Assembly (NCBI GenBank): GCA_963769605.1
Contig: CAVYML010000004.1
Span: 107,312-171,311 of the forward strand
From: Ignavibacteriota bacterium
Lineage (GTDB): Bacteria; Bacteroidota; Ignavibacteria; UBA10030
Direction of reading: 5' to 3'
DNA: 64,000 nucleotides
Shown: piece after piece, positions 47,086 to 56,766 of the stretch
How the letters are laid out: every line of letters starts with the position of its first letter
How positions within the stretch are numbered: position 1 is the first letter of the stretch
The notes under the pieces: generated by a model
Databases searched by the model: none
Told to the model about the DNA's origin: nothing
The model's input: only the letters and a program-made list of their open reading frames with translations
Translations under genes and position numbers: made by a program

Positions 47086-48465
47086 ATGCAAAAAAAAATA
47101 ATTCTAATAGGTGGATTTGGTTGGCAGGATATTGGCGATGAAGCAATGCCGCAGACTGTCATTATTAATCTTAAGAAAAGTATACCTGAATTAGACATTA
47201 TAATGCTTTCTCCAAACCCAGAATACACTATTGCATATCACAAGGAAAGATCAATTCCGGATATTAATATATACCTAAGGGAAGAAATATGGATTGTAAG
47301 GAAATTGAAAAGTTTTGATTTCTATCCATTTCTCCTATTAGGGAAAATCATTAATCATTTCTGTAGACGATTGATATATATTTGTCGTTGCATATATTTT
47401 ATTATTGCGGCAAAATTTGCAGGGGATAGAATATTTTTACCTATTAATAAAGATGCTAAAAGGATTATTGAGGAAATCAGATCAGCAAAACTAATATTCA
47501 ATAATGGTGGCGGCAACATTAATAGTCTTTTTCCTGATGAGATGTATAAGCAGTGTTCAATGATGTTGGCAGCGTTTGCCTTGAAGGTACCTATCGTTGT
47601 ATCCGGTCAGACAATGGGTCCGTACACCAAGACAATTCATAGATGGATTGTTAAAAAAGCTATTAATAGAACGGAAATAATTACATTCCGTGACCTTGAA
47701 GTTTCAAAAAATAGAGTTAAAGAAATTGGTGTTAAGAGACCAACATTGTTAGATACCGCAGATGATGCAATCAGTTTACCATTTTTGACTAAAGAGGATA
47801 CAATAAAAATGATTGTCGAAAATGGTGGGGAAGAATGGCTAAAAATCCCCACGGAAATGGTTTTTGTCTTGAATATGAATGGATATCGCATGGCAATGGG
47901 TAAAGCTAAACAAGATTCATTTTCTGCTGAGGTGGAACTCTTTGCCGTACTGGGGAATTATTTCATTAAAAAACACAATGCTAAAATTATCATGGTACCT
48001 ACAGATTATGCACTATCCTCTGATGATAGACCTTTGTTGGCAGAAGTAAAAAGGAGAATCGAGAATGGGAAAACAATAGTTATTGAAAAGGAATATGATG
48101 CTATACAATTAAAAAGCTTAATAGGATTTGGAGACTTCGCAATAGGATCGCGCTATCATTTCTTGGTATTTGCCGCATCGATGGCAGTTCCGTTTATCGG
48201 ATTAGCCAATGGTATATATCAAAAAACAAAGCTGAAGGGATTATTGGATCTATATGGTTTAAGTGAGTATTCTATTGAAGAAGATATGTGCAAAGTAAGT
48301 AATGAGTATATAATTATGATGATTGAAAAAATCCTTGAAAAAAAGAAAGAAATAAGGAATAAATTAATATTTAGGACAAAAAATCTTAAAGAAGCAAGTT
48401 TAGTTACAATTCAAAGATCGCAAATACTATGTGAGCGTCCTCTTGATAGAGGCATTCAAATATAA
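47086..48465 (+). CDS. Polysaccharide pyruvyl transferase family protein
   Basis: N-terminal GGFGWQDIGDEAM and C-terminal GSRYHFLVFAASMAVPFIGL are typical of the CsaB/WcaK-type PS_pyruv_trans domain. Confidence 0.75.
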   Translation: MQKKIILIGGFGWQDIGDEAMPQTVIINLKKSIPELDIIMLSPNPEYTIAYHKERSIPDINIYLREEIWIVRKLKSFDFYPFLLLGKIINHFCRRLIYICRCIYFIIAAKFAGDRIFLPINKDAKRIIEEIRSAKLIFNNGGGNINSLFPDEMYKQCSMMLAAFALKVPIVVSGQTMGPYTKTIHRWIVKKAINRTEIITFRDLEVSKNRVKEIGVKRPTLLDTADDAISLPFLTKEDTIKMIVENGGEEWLKIPTEMVFVLNMNGYRMAMGKAKQDSFSAEVELFAVLGNYFIKKHNAKIIMVPTDYALSSDDRPLLAEVKRRIENGKTIVIEKEYDAIQLKSLIGFGDFAIGSRYHFLVFAASMAVPFIGLANGIYQKTKLKGLLDLYGLSEYSIEEDMCKVSNEYIIMMIEKILEKKKEIRNKLIFRTKNLKEASLVTIQRSQILCERPLDRGIQI

Positions 48466-48861
48466 GGCATTATTATTCCTCTCGTATTCTTTAATAATGC
48501 GGCTACCGATATTCCTCAAAGGACCATATTCTTATGTCCTTCTAATAGCCTGTTCGAGTATTATTTTTTCGGAATTTCCGATATTTCACATAGACAAGTT
48601 TTGGCGCATTCTTTTTAAAAAGGTTGATAATCGGATAGACTCCTAATGCCCTTTGAAGAAATACATTTTTCATCTATGCGACAAGAATAGTATTTTAAGT
48701 CCTGGAACTATAAAATATTCGAATTAAACTTAAAGAAATTTTATAAAGTATCAGAACATTATTATTTTGTTGAAAAAGATAGAGTCTAAAAATTGCCGTT
48801 AGATAAAGATATAATGAATAGAAGGTTACACTATTTGTTTCTCTAATCCTTTAGACATAAT

Positions 48862-50014
48862 ATGCCGAAAATTATAATATTCTTTCTATTTAGATGTGGT
48901 TTATTAAGTACACTAATCTTCACAGGATATAAGCTTACAAAAAAAGATATTAATGGTAAATACAAATATGAATATTGGGCAGCTTGTATCACTTCAATAA
49001 TTACTTATACTTTAATTGAAGGTTTGCGATATGGAAGGGGAGTCGATTATAAACATTATATGAGGCTTTATAATAATGCATTAAATCTATCCCGATATTA
49101 TGATCCGTCAAAAATAGAGCCACTATTTCAGTTTATTAATAAAACATTTAATATTTTTGATATTCCATATCCATTAGTATTTTGCTTATATAGTTTTTTG
49201 TTAATATATGCAGGATGTTATCTTCTTAAGCAGCATCGTAAAATTATGCTGTGTGGATTGCCACTATTTTTTTTAGCTACTATTCCACAATCTGAGAATT
49301 TGGTAAGACAAATGATGGCACTATCCTTCATTTTATTCTCATTGAATTTTTTTCTCACAGATAAATGGCTATTATCTATCATATTTTTTGTATTAGCTTT
49401 TTTAACCCATACATCTGCGGTCATATATCTACCTTTTTTTTTAATTTTTAAATATATAAATAATCCTTTTGGAAGTATAGTTATAATACTATGTTTTTAT
49501 ATATATGCATCTTTTATATGGAAGTCTGATTATTTAAATAATCTTTCTCAGTACATCAGTCTGCTTCAACTAGATCAATATGATCAGTATTTATCTAATA
49601 GTAATTCATTCTTTGGGAAAGATGCCATGCATAAAAATTATTCATCTTCATTATATTTTATACGTTTTTTTTTATTCAATGTATGTATATTAATAATGGG
49701 CTATCATTTATGTGATAGAGTACAATGATTTTAGATTACGTTTTTATTATAATTTATTTGTAATTGGGGCTCTTACAATGCCTATTACAATGAATATAGA
49801 GCTTTTTTACCGCATTTCTTTCTCATTTTATATCTTCTGGTTTATTATCTTATCTTATATTATTTATGATGGTTTTTCAAAGAATAATAATAATCATACC
49901 ATATATTATAAAATTATTTGTTGTTTTCTTTTACTAAATGCACTTTATGATTATATCGTACCAATATTTTCTTTAAGCGAATCGAATATTTTATTTATTT
50001 GGGATAGAATCTAA
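48862..50014 (+). pseudogene. wzy: EpsG/Wzy-type polysaccharide polymerase, +1 frame disruption between 49694 and 49728
   Basis: Polytopic membrane protein with an EpsG-like GLRYGRGVDYKHY motif. ORF 48862-49728 (frame 1) and ORF 49712-50014 (frame 2) are both TM-rich and contiguous. Confidence 0.65.
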
Positions 50015-50144
50015 AATTATTGTAGATCAAATTAAACCGATTGAAAGACTATCCATTATTTATTATTGCAATTGTAGTTTTGATATAAAGAAATAATTAT
50101 TCTAATTCTATTGAATAATTATATCAACAATACTGGGACAAAAA

Positions 50145-51176
50145 ATGTTTTATTCAATAATTATTCCAACATTTAACCAATCAAACAAACTTAATCAATC
50201 CTTAGCGCATATTACAAGATTGCATTTTGACAAAACTTTATATGAAATAATTGTAGTCGATAATGGCTCAAAAGACGATACAAAGGAAATATCAGAAAAA
50301 TATTTATCACAATTCGCAAACTTTAAATATATATATTGTTCTGTTTTTGGTTTAATGGCCGCACGACATGCAGGACTATACACAGCAAAAGGAAATATTC
50401 TATGTTATCTTGATGATGACTCATTAGTTGGTGAGCATTGGCTCGAAGGGCTAAATGATTCATTTATGGATCCAGATGTCGTGCTTGTTACCGGGCCTTG
50501 TATACCTAAATATGAAATACCTCCTCCGAAATGGCTCTCATATTATAATATTCAGACTGAGTATGGTATTGTCAATTATTACTTGAGCTTGGTTAATTTC
50601 GGTGAACAAAAGAAACAAATTCCTGCTCGGTATGTTTTTGGGTGCAATTATTCTATAAGAAAAGAAGTGTTAGTCAATATCGGAGGAACTTGCCCCGATT
50701 ATCTACCGCCACAATATTCCGAGTTCATGGGCAATGGAGAAACGGGAATTGCAAATAATGTTGCTTCTTATGGGAAGGCACTTTATCATCCCTTAGTTCG
50801 CATCGATCATCTCATTCCTAAAAATAGATTGACGCCAGAATATTTTTCATGGAGAGCATTTTATAACGGAATAGGCGATTCATATACTCAAAATCGAACG
50901 CTCTTTAATTCTAAAGATGGATTTGTTTTTATTAAGAGCATTTTAAAGGGATTATGGGTTTTGCTCGGAAAGATTAAAGCCATTCTTTTACTTCTATTTG
51001 CTTCTAAAACGAAAGAATATCGTTATATTTATCTAAAGATTATTACGAATTATATGAAAGGATATTTGTTCCACAGTAAAAAATTCTATACAAATTTAAA
51101 ACTAAGAGAATGGGTGTCGAAAAAGACCTATCTTGATAATAATGGAGATGTAATAGAATTTTTAAAGGAACAATGA
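50145..51176 (+). CDS. Family 2 glycosyltransferase (soluble type)
   Basis: YSIIIPTFNQ ... EIIVVDNGSKDDT ... YLDDDS. Confidence 0.82.
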   Translation: MFYSIIIPTFNQSNKLNQSLAHITRLHFDKTLYEIIVVDNGSKDDTKEISEKYLSQFANFKYIYCSVFGLMAARHAGLYTAKGNILCYLDDDSLVGEHWLEGLNDSFMDPDVVLVTGPCIPKYEIPPPKWLSYYNIQTEYGIVNYYLSLVNFGEQKKQIPARYVFGCNYSIRKEVLVNIGGTCPDYLPPQYSEFMGNGETGIANNVASYGKALYHPLVRIDHLIPKNRLTPEYFSWRAFYNGIGDSYTQNRTLFNSKDGFVFIKSILKGLWVLLGKIKAILLLLFASKTKEYRYIYLKIITNYMKGYLFHSKKFYTNLKLREWVSKKTYLDNNGDVIEFLKEQ

Positions 51177-51529
51177 TATAAAAGCATACTTCATTGTTCT
51201 TGGAAAGGTGGCTGAGAAATTCAAAGACATGGCCCATGAGAACAATCCGCGATCTTTTAAAAATAATCAGAGCTGTGTAGGATTGTCAGAGATAAAATGG
51301 GTAGTGTCTCAGTTTGAAAACCAACTAAAAATTACACAAAATATTAAACTTTTGAAAGGAATATATTATGATAGTGAAGATATTCGACGACCATAATTTG
51401 GGAATATGGAGCTATGGCATTGAAGGTGGAATCTTGACTGGATTTACATCGAAGACATATCTTGACAATGGCATTCAAGATAAAATCCTTGAACACCTCC
51501 ATCTTGCTTTAAAACAAGCTGAAGAAGAA

Positions 51530-51793
51530 TTATCTTTTAAGAACGTTAATCGAATATTGAATGTTGGCAGTACCACCTGCTAAATCAATAACTATATTCC
51601 ACCAGCCTGAACTTGGGACGGCAATTTTAGCGGGGAACATTTTGAAAAATCCACCGTGATAATGGAATTGTCCACCGGATTGATAATTAGAGAAGTTTGA
51701 ATCATCTAAAAGCATGATATTGCATTGATGTGAGCATTTCACAACTACAATATCGCCGTGATTAAGATTTTCTCGCGAATGAATAAAGTCCAT
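51530..51793 (-). CDS. Small beta-rich protein, DUF1883-like
   Basis: 87 aa. GDIVVVKCSHQCNIMLLDDSNFSNYQSGGQFHYHGG...VPSSGWWNIVIDL resembles my recollection of DUF1883. Not verified. Confidence 0.45.
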   Translation of the reverse strand: MDFIHSRENLNHGDIVVVKCSHQCNIMLLDDSNFSNYQSGGQFHYHGGFFKMFPAKIAVPSSGWWNIVIDLAGGTANIQYSINVLKR

Positions 51794-51817
51794 AATGCCT
51801 CCGTATAGTAAGGGAAT

Positions 51818-52645
51818 TTAGTCTTCAAGCAATCTCGCTAAATCTTCAATAGACCAAAGCTTATTAGTAATTCCTGCCGCCATTGCCGGTGTAACACGAA
51901 GCGTTTTATGAATGCGTACAAAATTGTAATACATGAAATGCAATGCTATTGCATGAGCATGATTTTCAACTTTTTTTGAGAATGCGTTTGTAAGTCTTGT
52001 AAATCTACGGAGAGACATTCTCATAGTCAAGTTCTGCCGTTCAATGTAGGACGTTGAAACGTGTTTCATTTTTGGGTCTCCAGTAACGACCGTTTTCTTA
52101 GCTCCGGTGCAATCTGCCGGGCTATATCTGTGTTCACCTTCAAGGGAATTGCCGTATAGCTTCACAAGCTGAGCATAGTCGATGTCAATTCCAAAGGTTT
52201 GATCAACTGCTTCCAAATATGCTTTTAATCCGTCTGTAGTCATTTGCACGCGATTCTTTAAGCGAGAGGCAACATCTTCCATGAATATCTTTGCATATTC
52301 CGCGTCTCGGTTCCCGACAAGGTAGGAAATCATTAACTTTGAATCTGCATCGATTGCCGTCCAAGTCCAGACACTTCCAATACCGTATTTTCCTTGAAGC
52401 TTTTCGGGAAGGTTTTTGTCTTTCGCATAAACGAAACTCCATATTTCATCGCATTGCACACGCTTTGAAGCTACATTCCGGACGTGTTCATCGTGGTACT
52501 TTTGACAGGCCGTTCCTAAGTCAACGAGAAGCTTTGTAACCGTATTAATGGAAACATTCGCGAGGCGGGAAATAGAACGAAGACTATTTCCTTCGACAAG
52601 CATTCCGATTATCTGAGTTTGTTTTTCTATTGGAAGTCTGTTCAT
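51818..52645 (-). CDS. IS1-family transposase (single-ORF form)
   Basis: N-terminal HTH (QIIGMLVEGNSLRSISRLANVSINTV), DDE region (CDEIWSF..., WTWTAIDADSK, MTTDGLKAY) and YIERQNLTMRMSLRRFTRLTNAFSKKVENH. Start chosen at ATG 52645. Element ends were not identified. Confidence 0.75.
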   Translation of the reverse strand: MNRLPIEKQTQIIGMLVEGNSLRSISRLANVSINTVTKLLVDLGTACQKYHDEHVRNVASKRVQCDEIWSFVYAKDKNLPEKLQGKYGIGSVWTWTAIDADSKLMISYLVGNRDAEYAKIFMEDVASRLKNRVQMTTDGLKAYLEAVDQTFGIDIDYAQLVKLYGNSLEGEHRYSPADCTGAKKTVVTGDPKMKHVSTSYIERQNLTMRMSLRRFTRLTNAFSKKVENHAHAIALHFMYYNFVRIHKTLRVTPAMAAGITNKLWSIEDLARLLED

Positions 52646-52794
52646 TGTAAGTGCCCTTCTTTGCTCACTTACAATATAAGACTTTATTCTTGAGCTGTCA
52701 AGCATAAAGTTCAATTTCTTTAAAAATTAATATTATTCGTGTCAAACGACAAATAACCCTGAAAAAGAAAATTAAGGGGATTATTTAGCCAAGT

Positions 52795-53889
52795 TTATTG
52801 ATGATTGTTCGTTCCGGTCTTTATGCTATGGACAACGGAAAGAACTCTTAACGGTGTTGCCGCTGATGGATTGTATTTTTTATATTCTTCATCATCAAGA
52901 TAAAGAAGCGATTTAAGCTCATCATCAGAGTATTCGTATTCTTTAATATATATATTAACAAGTTCCTGCAAAAGAGTAGGAGGTTCTATCGGGACATCTA
53001 TTGGTTCGTGAAGTCTATACCCCATCTTTGACATTTGCATCCATAAGTAACGCTGTTGATTATAAGTTATTTTATTAAGCCGATATGCACGCGTTAAAAT
53101 TGCCTGCATTGAAACCTTCCAATAGCGTTTTAAATTCGCAAGCGTTTCCAAATTTAAATCCGAAAGATATGAACGAATTTCTTTTTCAGGCATAAGAAAT
53201 TCGCTTGCGAAATCATTTGCCTCATCTTCAACTTTGTCATGAGGAATACGATGCATGATAATATGTCCGCACTCATGCGCAAGGCTGTATCTTATCCTGT
53301 CGCCGGACATTAAAGAGTTTACAAATATTACATATCTTCCCGACTGTGTCGCAAAACTTACAGCATCAAAAAATCGTGTTTTGAATTTTGAAAATATTAC
53401 CAATATGCCCGCATCTTCAAGCACTTTCACAAGGTTCTCTATTCTTCCGACAGGCAAACCCCATGCAAATCGGATAGCCCTCGCAATATCTGCGGGTGTT
53501 TTATATTTATCCTGATTTGATTCCAAGTCAATATATGGGATGTTATCTCTTGTTATTTTGGCTGCCTTTAAGAGTTTATCAATGCGAATACTGTCAATAT
53601 TAATTTCTGCATTGATCACAGAAAGTATCTTTTGAGGAATACCTTTTGCTTTCCGATATAGATGTATTCCAAAGGGATAAATATTGGCTGGTTCACTAAA
53701 GAATTTACCAGGAACACCTAATGCCGTAGATATTTTCTTTAGCATTTCTTCTGATACTGGAGATAACCCAGATTCGATTTTTGATATAATCGGAGGTGAA
53801 ACGTCAATTTTTTCAGCAAGTTCCTTTTGCGTCATTCCGCGAAATTCTCTTGCCAAAACAACCATATTGGGATTTATTGCTTCAATCAT
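52795..53889 (-). CDS. Fusion of an XRE-family HTH and an ImmA/IrrE (COG2856) zinc metallopeptidase
   Basis: N-terminal LAREFRGMTQKELAEKIDVSPPIISKIESG and a central HEXXH (LAHECGHIIMH). Confidence 0.82.
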   Translation of the reverse strand: MIEAINPNMVVLAREFRGMTQKELAEKIDVSPPIISKIESGLSPVSEEMLKKISTALGVPGKFFSEPANIYPFGIHLYRKAKGIPQKILSVINAEINIDSIRIDKLLKAAKITRDNIPYIDLESNQDKYKTPADIARAIRFAWGLPVGRIENLVKVLEDAGILVIFSKFKTRFFDAVSFATQSGRYVIFVNSLMSGDRIRYSLAHECGHIIMHRIPHDKVEDEANDFASEFLMPEKEIRSYLSDLNLETLANLKRYWKVSMQAILTRAYRLNKITYNQQRYLWMQMSKMGYRLHEPIDVPIEPPTLLQELVNIYIKEYEYSDDELKSLLYLDDEEYKKYNPSAATPLRVLSVVHSIKTGTNNHQ

Positions 53890-54532
53890 TAGTTAACCTT
53901 GTTTGGATTCGTTTTTTTTCTGCTGGAATTTCTTTTATTGTCGGCTCCACACGCTTTCCATCAAGCTCCGGAGAAATAGGCGGTATTTCAATTGTTTCCT
54001 CCGCAAGCAATCCATACTGTTCTTCTTCCCCTACTTGAAATTTCCACGCAATCGTTGTCCTGCCGTTTGGACAAGTAATCCAGACTTCAATTGAATTCCA
54101 TGTCTCATCAAACTTATAACCCGCATTCAAATTCATTAGATTTATTGTTTCGGGAAGAGAACTAAAAAAAGACAATTGTGTCGTAAATTTTTCGTTTCGT
54201 GCTGACACATGATTGTATGTTTGATACTTCTTGCCAAGTTTTTTGAAGCGAAGGAATATTTTAAAATTCTCTTCTTCAGAAGAAAGAATTGTTATAATTG
54301 TACCATGACCATTTGGGTTGATTTGTATATTTGGCTTTCCATCAAAAGCTATTTTTGCGTTTGCAACAACAAGATTGTTCATGATTATTGCACGTCCAAG
54401 AGGCTGAAGCTTTTTCCCAATGGATTCATCGCATGATTTATGATATTCATTCCATGCGTCTACAATAATCTCTCTAAAAATTGCCAAGTATGGTTCCAAG
54501 AACTTTCTTACTTTCTCTTCATAATAATCCAT
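53882..54532 (-). CDS. Hypothetical protein (216 aa) translationally coupled to the HTH-ImmA gene
   Basis: 8-nt overlap with the downstream ImmA gene. I recognise no motif. Confidence 0.55.
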   Translation of the reverse strand: MDYYEEKVRKFLEPYLAIFREIIVDAWNEYHKSCDESIGKKLQPLGRAIIMNNLVVANAKIAFDGKPNIQINPNGHGTIITILSSEEENFKIFLRFKKLGKKYQTYNHVSARNEKFTTQLSFFSSLPETINLMNLNAGYKFDETWNSIEVWITCPNGRTTIAWKFQVGEEEQYGLLAEETIEIPPISPELDGKRVEPTIKEIPAEKKRIQTRLTND

Positions 54533-54665
54533 TTCTTTCTCCGAAATTTATATTTATTGGATATATTATAAGGAAGGAATTTGCAATTGTCAAGGAAATA
54601 ATAACTGATAAAATAACGAATTGTATAAAGCGGCTGTTTTTGATAAAAATAGCAGATTATAAATA

Positions 54666-54902
54666 CTATTTTTTTCTTTTCCACCTTGCTTTTGCGGCGT
54701 TTTGTGCTATCTTTGATCTCTTGGACTTGGAAAGAGATTTAGCACGGGCGATACCGCCTTTTAGTCCCCCCAGCCGTCCAAGTGCAACGGCGGCGGGGTT
54801 TCGTGTATCTTCAATGACGGGTTCAGTGGTTTGCCCGGTTGCAAGGTCAACAATGGACTTTGCAAGCTGGTTTGCATCTCTTGGTCTTTTTGGCTTTTCC
54901 AT
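54666..54902 (-). CDS. Small basic protein (78 aa) with an NPAAVALGRLGGLKGG..ARA...AA.ARW motif
   Basis: Lys/Arg-rich. The motif recurs in many small bacterial hypothetical proteins as I recall. Same strand as, and upstream of, the 216-aa gene. Confidence 0.5.
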   Translation of the reverse strand: MEKPKRPRDANQLAKSIVDLATGQTTEPVIEDTRNPAAVALGRLGGLKGGIARAKSLSKSKRSKIAQNAAKARWKRKK

Positions 54903-55232
54903 GACTCAAATATACAAAGGCTTTCTTATCCGGTCAAGCATAATCGGGAAGGGGGAAATTCAAACTGAGACACTACCATAAAATGGATTAAGATCCGATT
55001 TTAATTGATTTTACGTAAATTAATAATCATTTAAGTAAAATTGTCATACCGCATTACTGTAATGCAGTTTGTACTATCATCTAACACTCGGTAGAGCGAG
55101 ATTTTACATTTTATCAAGATTCCCAACTTGAATCCCATGAGAATGATAGTTCTTTTTGCTAATATCGTTATTAAATATTTTGAATATTAATATTGTCATA
55201 TTTTTATCATAATATACTATGGAGATTTTATT

Positions 55233-55649
55233 ATGGTCAAAAGGTTTATACACGAAGGACAATTAATCGCTATTATTATCCCTGCAAATTATTATAGCGA
55301 AGGAATAAAATTTTTTACCCCGGGAGATTTTTCGCAACAGTTAGCATATATGAATCGATCGAAAGGCTATTATATTGAACCACATATTCATAAAAAAGTA
55401 GAACGTGCAATACATTATACACTTGAAACGTTATTTATTCGAAAAGGGAAAGTCAAAGTCGATTTTTATACAAAGGATAAAGTTTTTTTTGAAAGTACCA
55501 TTGTGGAGTCAGGTGATGTATTACTGCTTGCATCCGGAGGACATGGATTTACGATGCTAGAGCCAACCGAGATGATAGAAGTTAAGCAAGGTCCTTATGC
55601 AGGCGAGGAAGATAAAGAACGATTTAAAGGAATCGAACAAAATGAGTGA
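55233..55649 (+). CDS. Cupin-fold sugar-nucleotide-modifying protein (WxcM/FdtA- or WbuC-like)
   Basis: 138 aa, HIH motif (IEPHIHKK), beta-rich. Overlaps the DegT aminotransferase start (ATGAGTGA). Confidence 0.5.
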   Translation: MVKRFIHEGQLIAIIIPANYYSEGIKFFTPGDFSQQLAYMNRSKGYYIEPHIHKKVERAIHYTLETLFIRKGKVKVDFYTKDKVFFESTIVESGDVLLLASGGHGFTMLEPTEMIEVKQGPYAGEEDKERFKGIEQNE

Positions 55650-56766
55650 GTTTATTCCCGTTTGTGAGCCATTCCTTAATGGGAATGAAAAGAAGTATGT
55701 ATTAGATGCAATTGAAACAGGATGGATATCATCGGCTGGGAAATACATTCCTGCATTTGAAAAAGCATTTTCAGAATATTGTGGTGTGAAAGAAGGTATT
55801 GCCGTTTGTAATGGTACAGTTGCATTACATTTAGCGCTTATTGCCTGCGGTATTGGCAAAGGGGATGAAGTGATCATTCCGGACTTTACAATGATAGCAA
55901 GCGCTTTTGCAATATGCTACACTGGAGCGATACCTGTATTTGTTGATTGCGAGTATGAGACATGGAATATTGATCCATCGAAAATTGAAGAAAAAATTAA
56001 TTCAAAAACAAAAGCCATTATGCCCGTCCATATATATGGTCATCCATGCGAAATGGAGCATATTAGGGAACTTGCTGATAGATATAAGTTGTTGATTGTT
56101 GAAGATGCTGCAGAAGTGCATGGTGCTGAATATGATGGGAAACGATGCGGTTCACTTGGCGATATTGCTGCATTTAGTTTTTTTGCAAATAAGATTGCGA
56201 CAACCGGCGAAGGTGGAATGGTAGTAACAAATAATGAAGATTTCGCGCGAAAATGTCGTTACTTTAAAAATCTTTGCTTTCCACTTGAGGGATCGCGCAA
56301 TTATAGACACGATCATATTGGATTTAATTATAGAATGTCTAATCTTCATGCTGCCATTGGACTTGCCCAGGTCGAAAAACTTTCTGAGTATGTTGAGGCA
56401 AGACGTCAAGTACATCAATGGTATTTTGAATATTTACAGGGTGTGCCAGGAATTACATTACAGCCGGAACGTGCAAATGCCAAAAATGTCTATTGGATGC
56501 ATGGCGTAGTTGTAGATCCAAAGGAATATGGCATTAGTCGTGATGTATTGATTACAAAACTAAGAGAATGTGGAATAGATACACGTTTATTTTTTATTGG
56601 AATGCATCGACAAAAATCACTACGAGACTATGGATGCGATTGTTCTGGCAAATATCCATATACTGATTGGCTTGCCGAAAACGGATTCTACTTACCATCA
56701 AGTTCTGGTTTGAAGAAAATTGAAGCCATAAAAATATGTGAAATTATTAGAAATCTACATCAATGA
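55642..56766 (+). CDS. DegT/DnrJ/EryC1/StrS-family sugar aminotransferase
   Basis: FIPVCEPFLNGNEKKYV..., CNGTVALHLAL, FSFFANKIATTGEGGMV (PLP lysine) and NYRMSNLHAAIGLAQ. Confidence 0.88.
   Translation: MSEFIPVCEPFLNGNEKKYVLDAIETGWISSAGKYIPAFEKAFSEYCGVKEGIAVCNGTVALHLALIACGIGKGDEVIIPDFTMIASAFAICYTGAIPVFVDCEYETWNIDPSKIEEKINSKTKAIMPVHIYGHPCEMEHIRELADRYKLLIVEDAAEVHGAEYDGKRCGSLGDIAAFSFFANKIATTGEGGMVVTNNEDFARKCRYFKNLCFPLEGSRNYRHDHIGFNYRMSNLHAAIGLAQVEKLSEYVEARRQVHQWYFEYLQGVPGITLQPERANAKNVYWMHGVVVDPKEYGISRDVLITKLRECGIDTRLFFIGMHRQKSLRDYGCDCSGKYPYTDWLAENGFYLPSSSGLKKIEAIKICEIIRNLHQ

Noticed and set aside
54481-54981. 166-aa + strand ORF overlapping the 78-aa basic protein gene
   Set aside because: The minus-strand 78-aa ORF has a coherent, recurrent motif (NPAAVALGRLGGLKGG). 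The + strand ORF is hydrophobic low-complexity with no start context.
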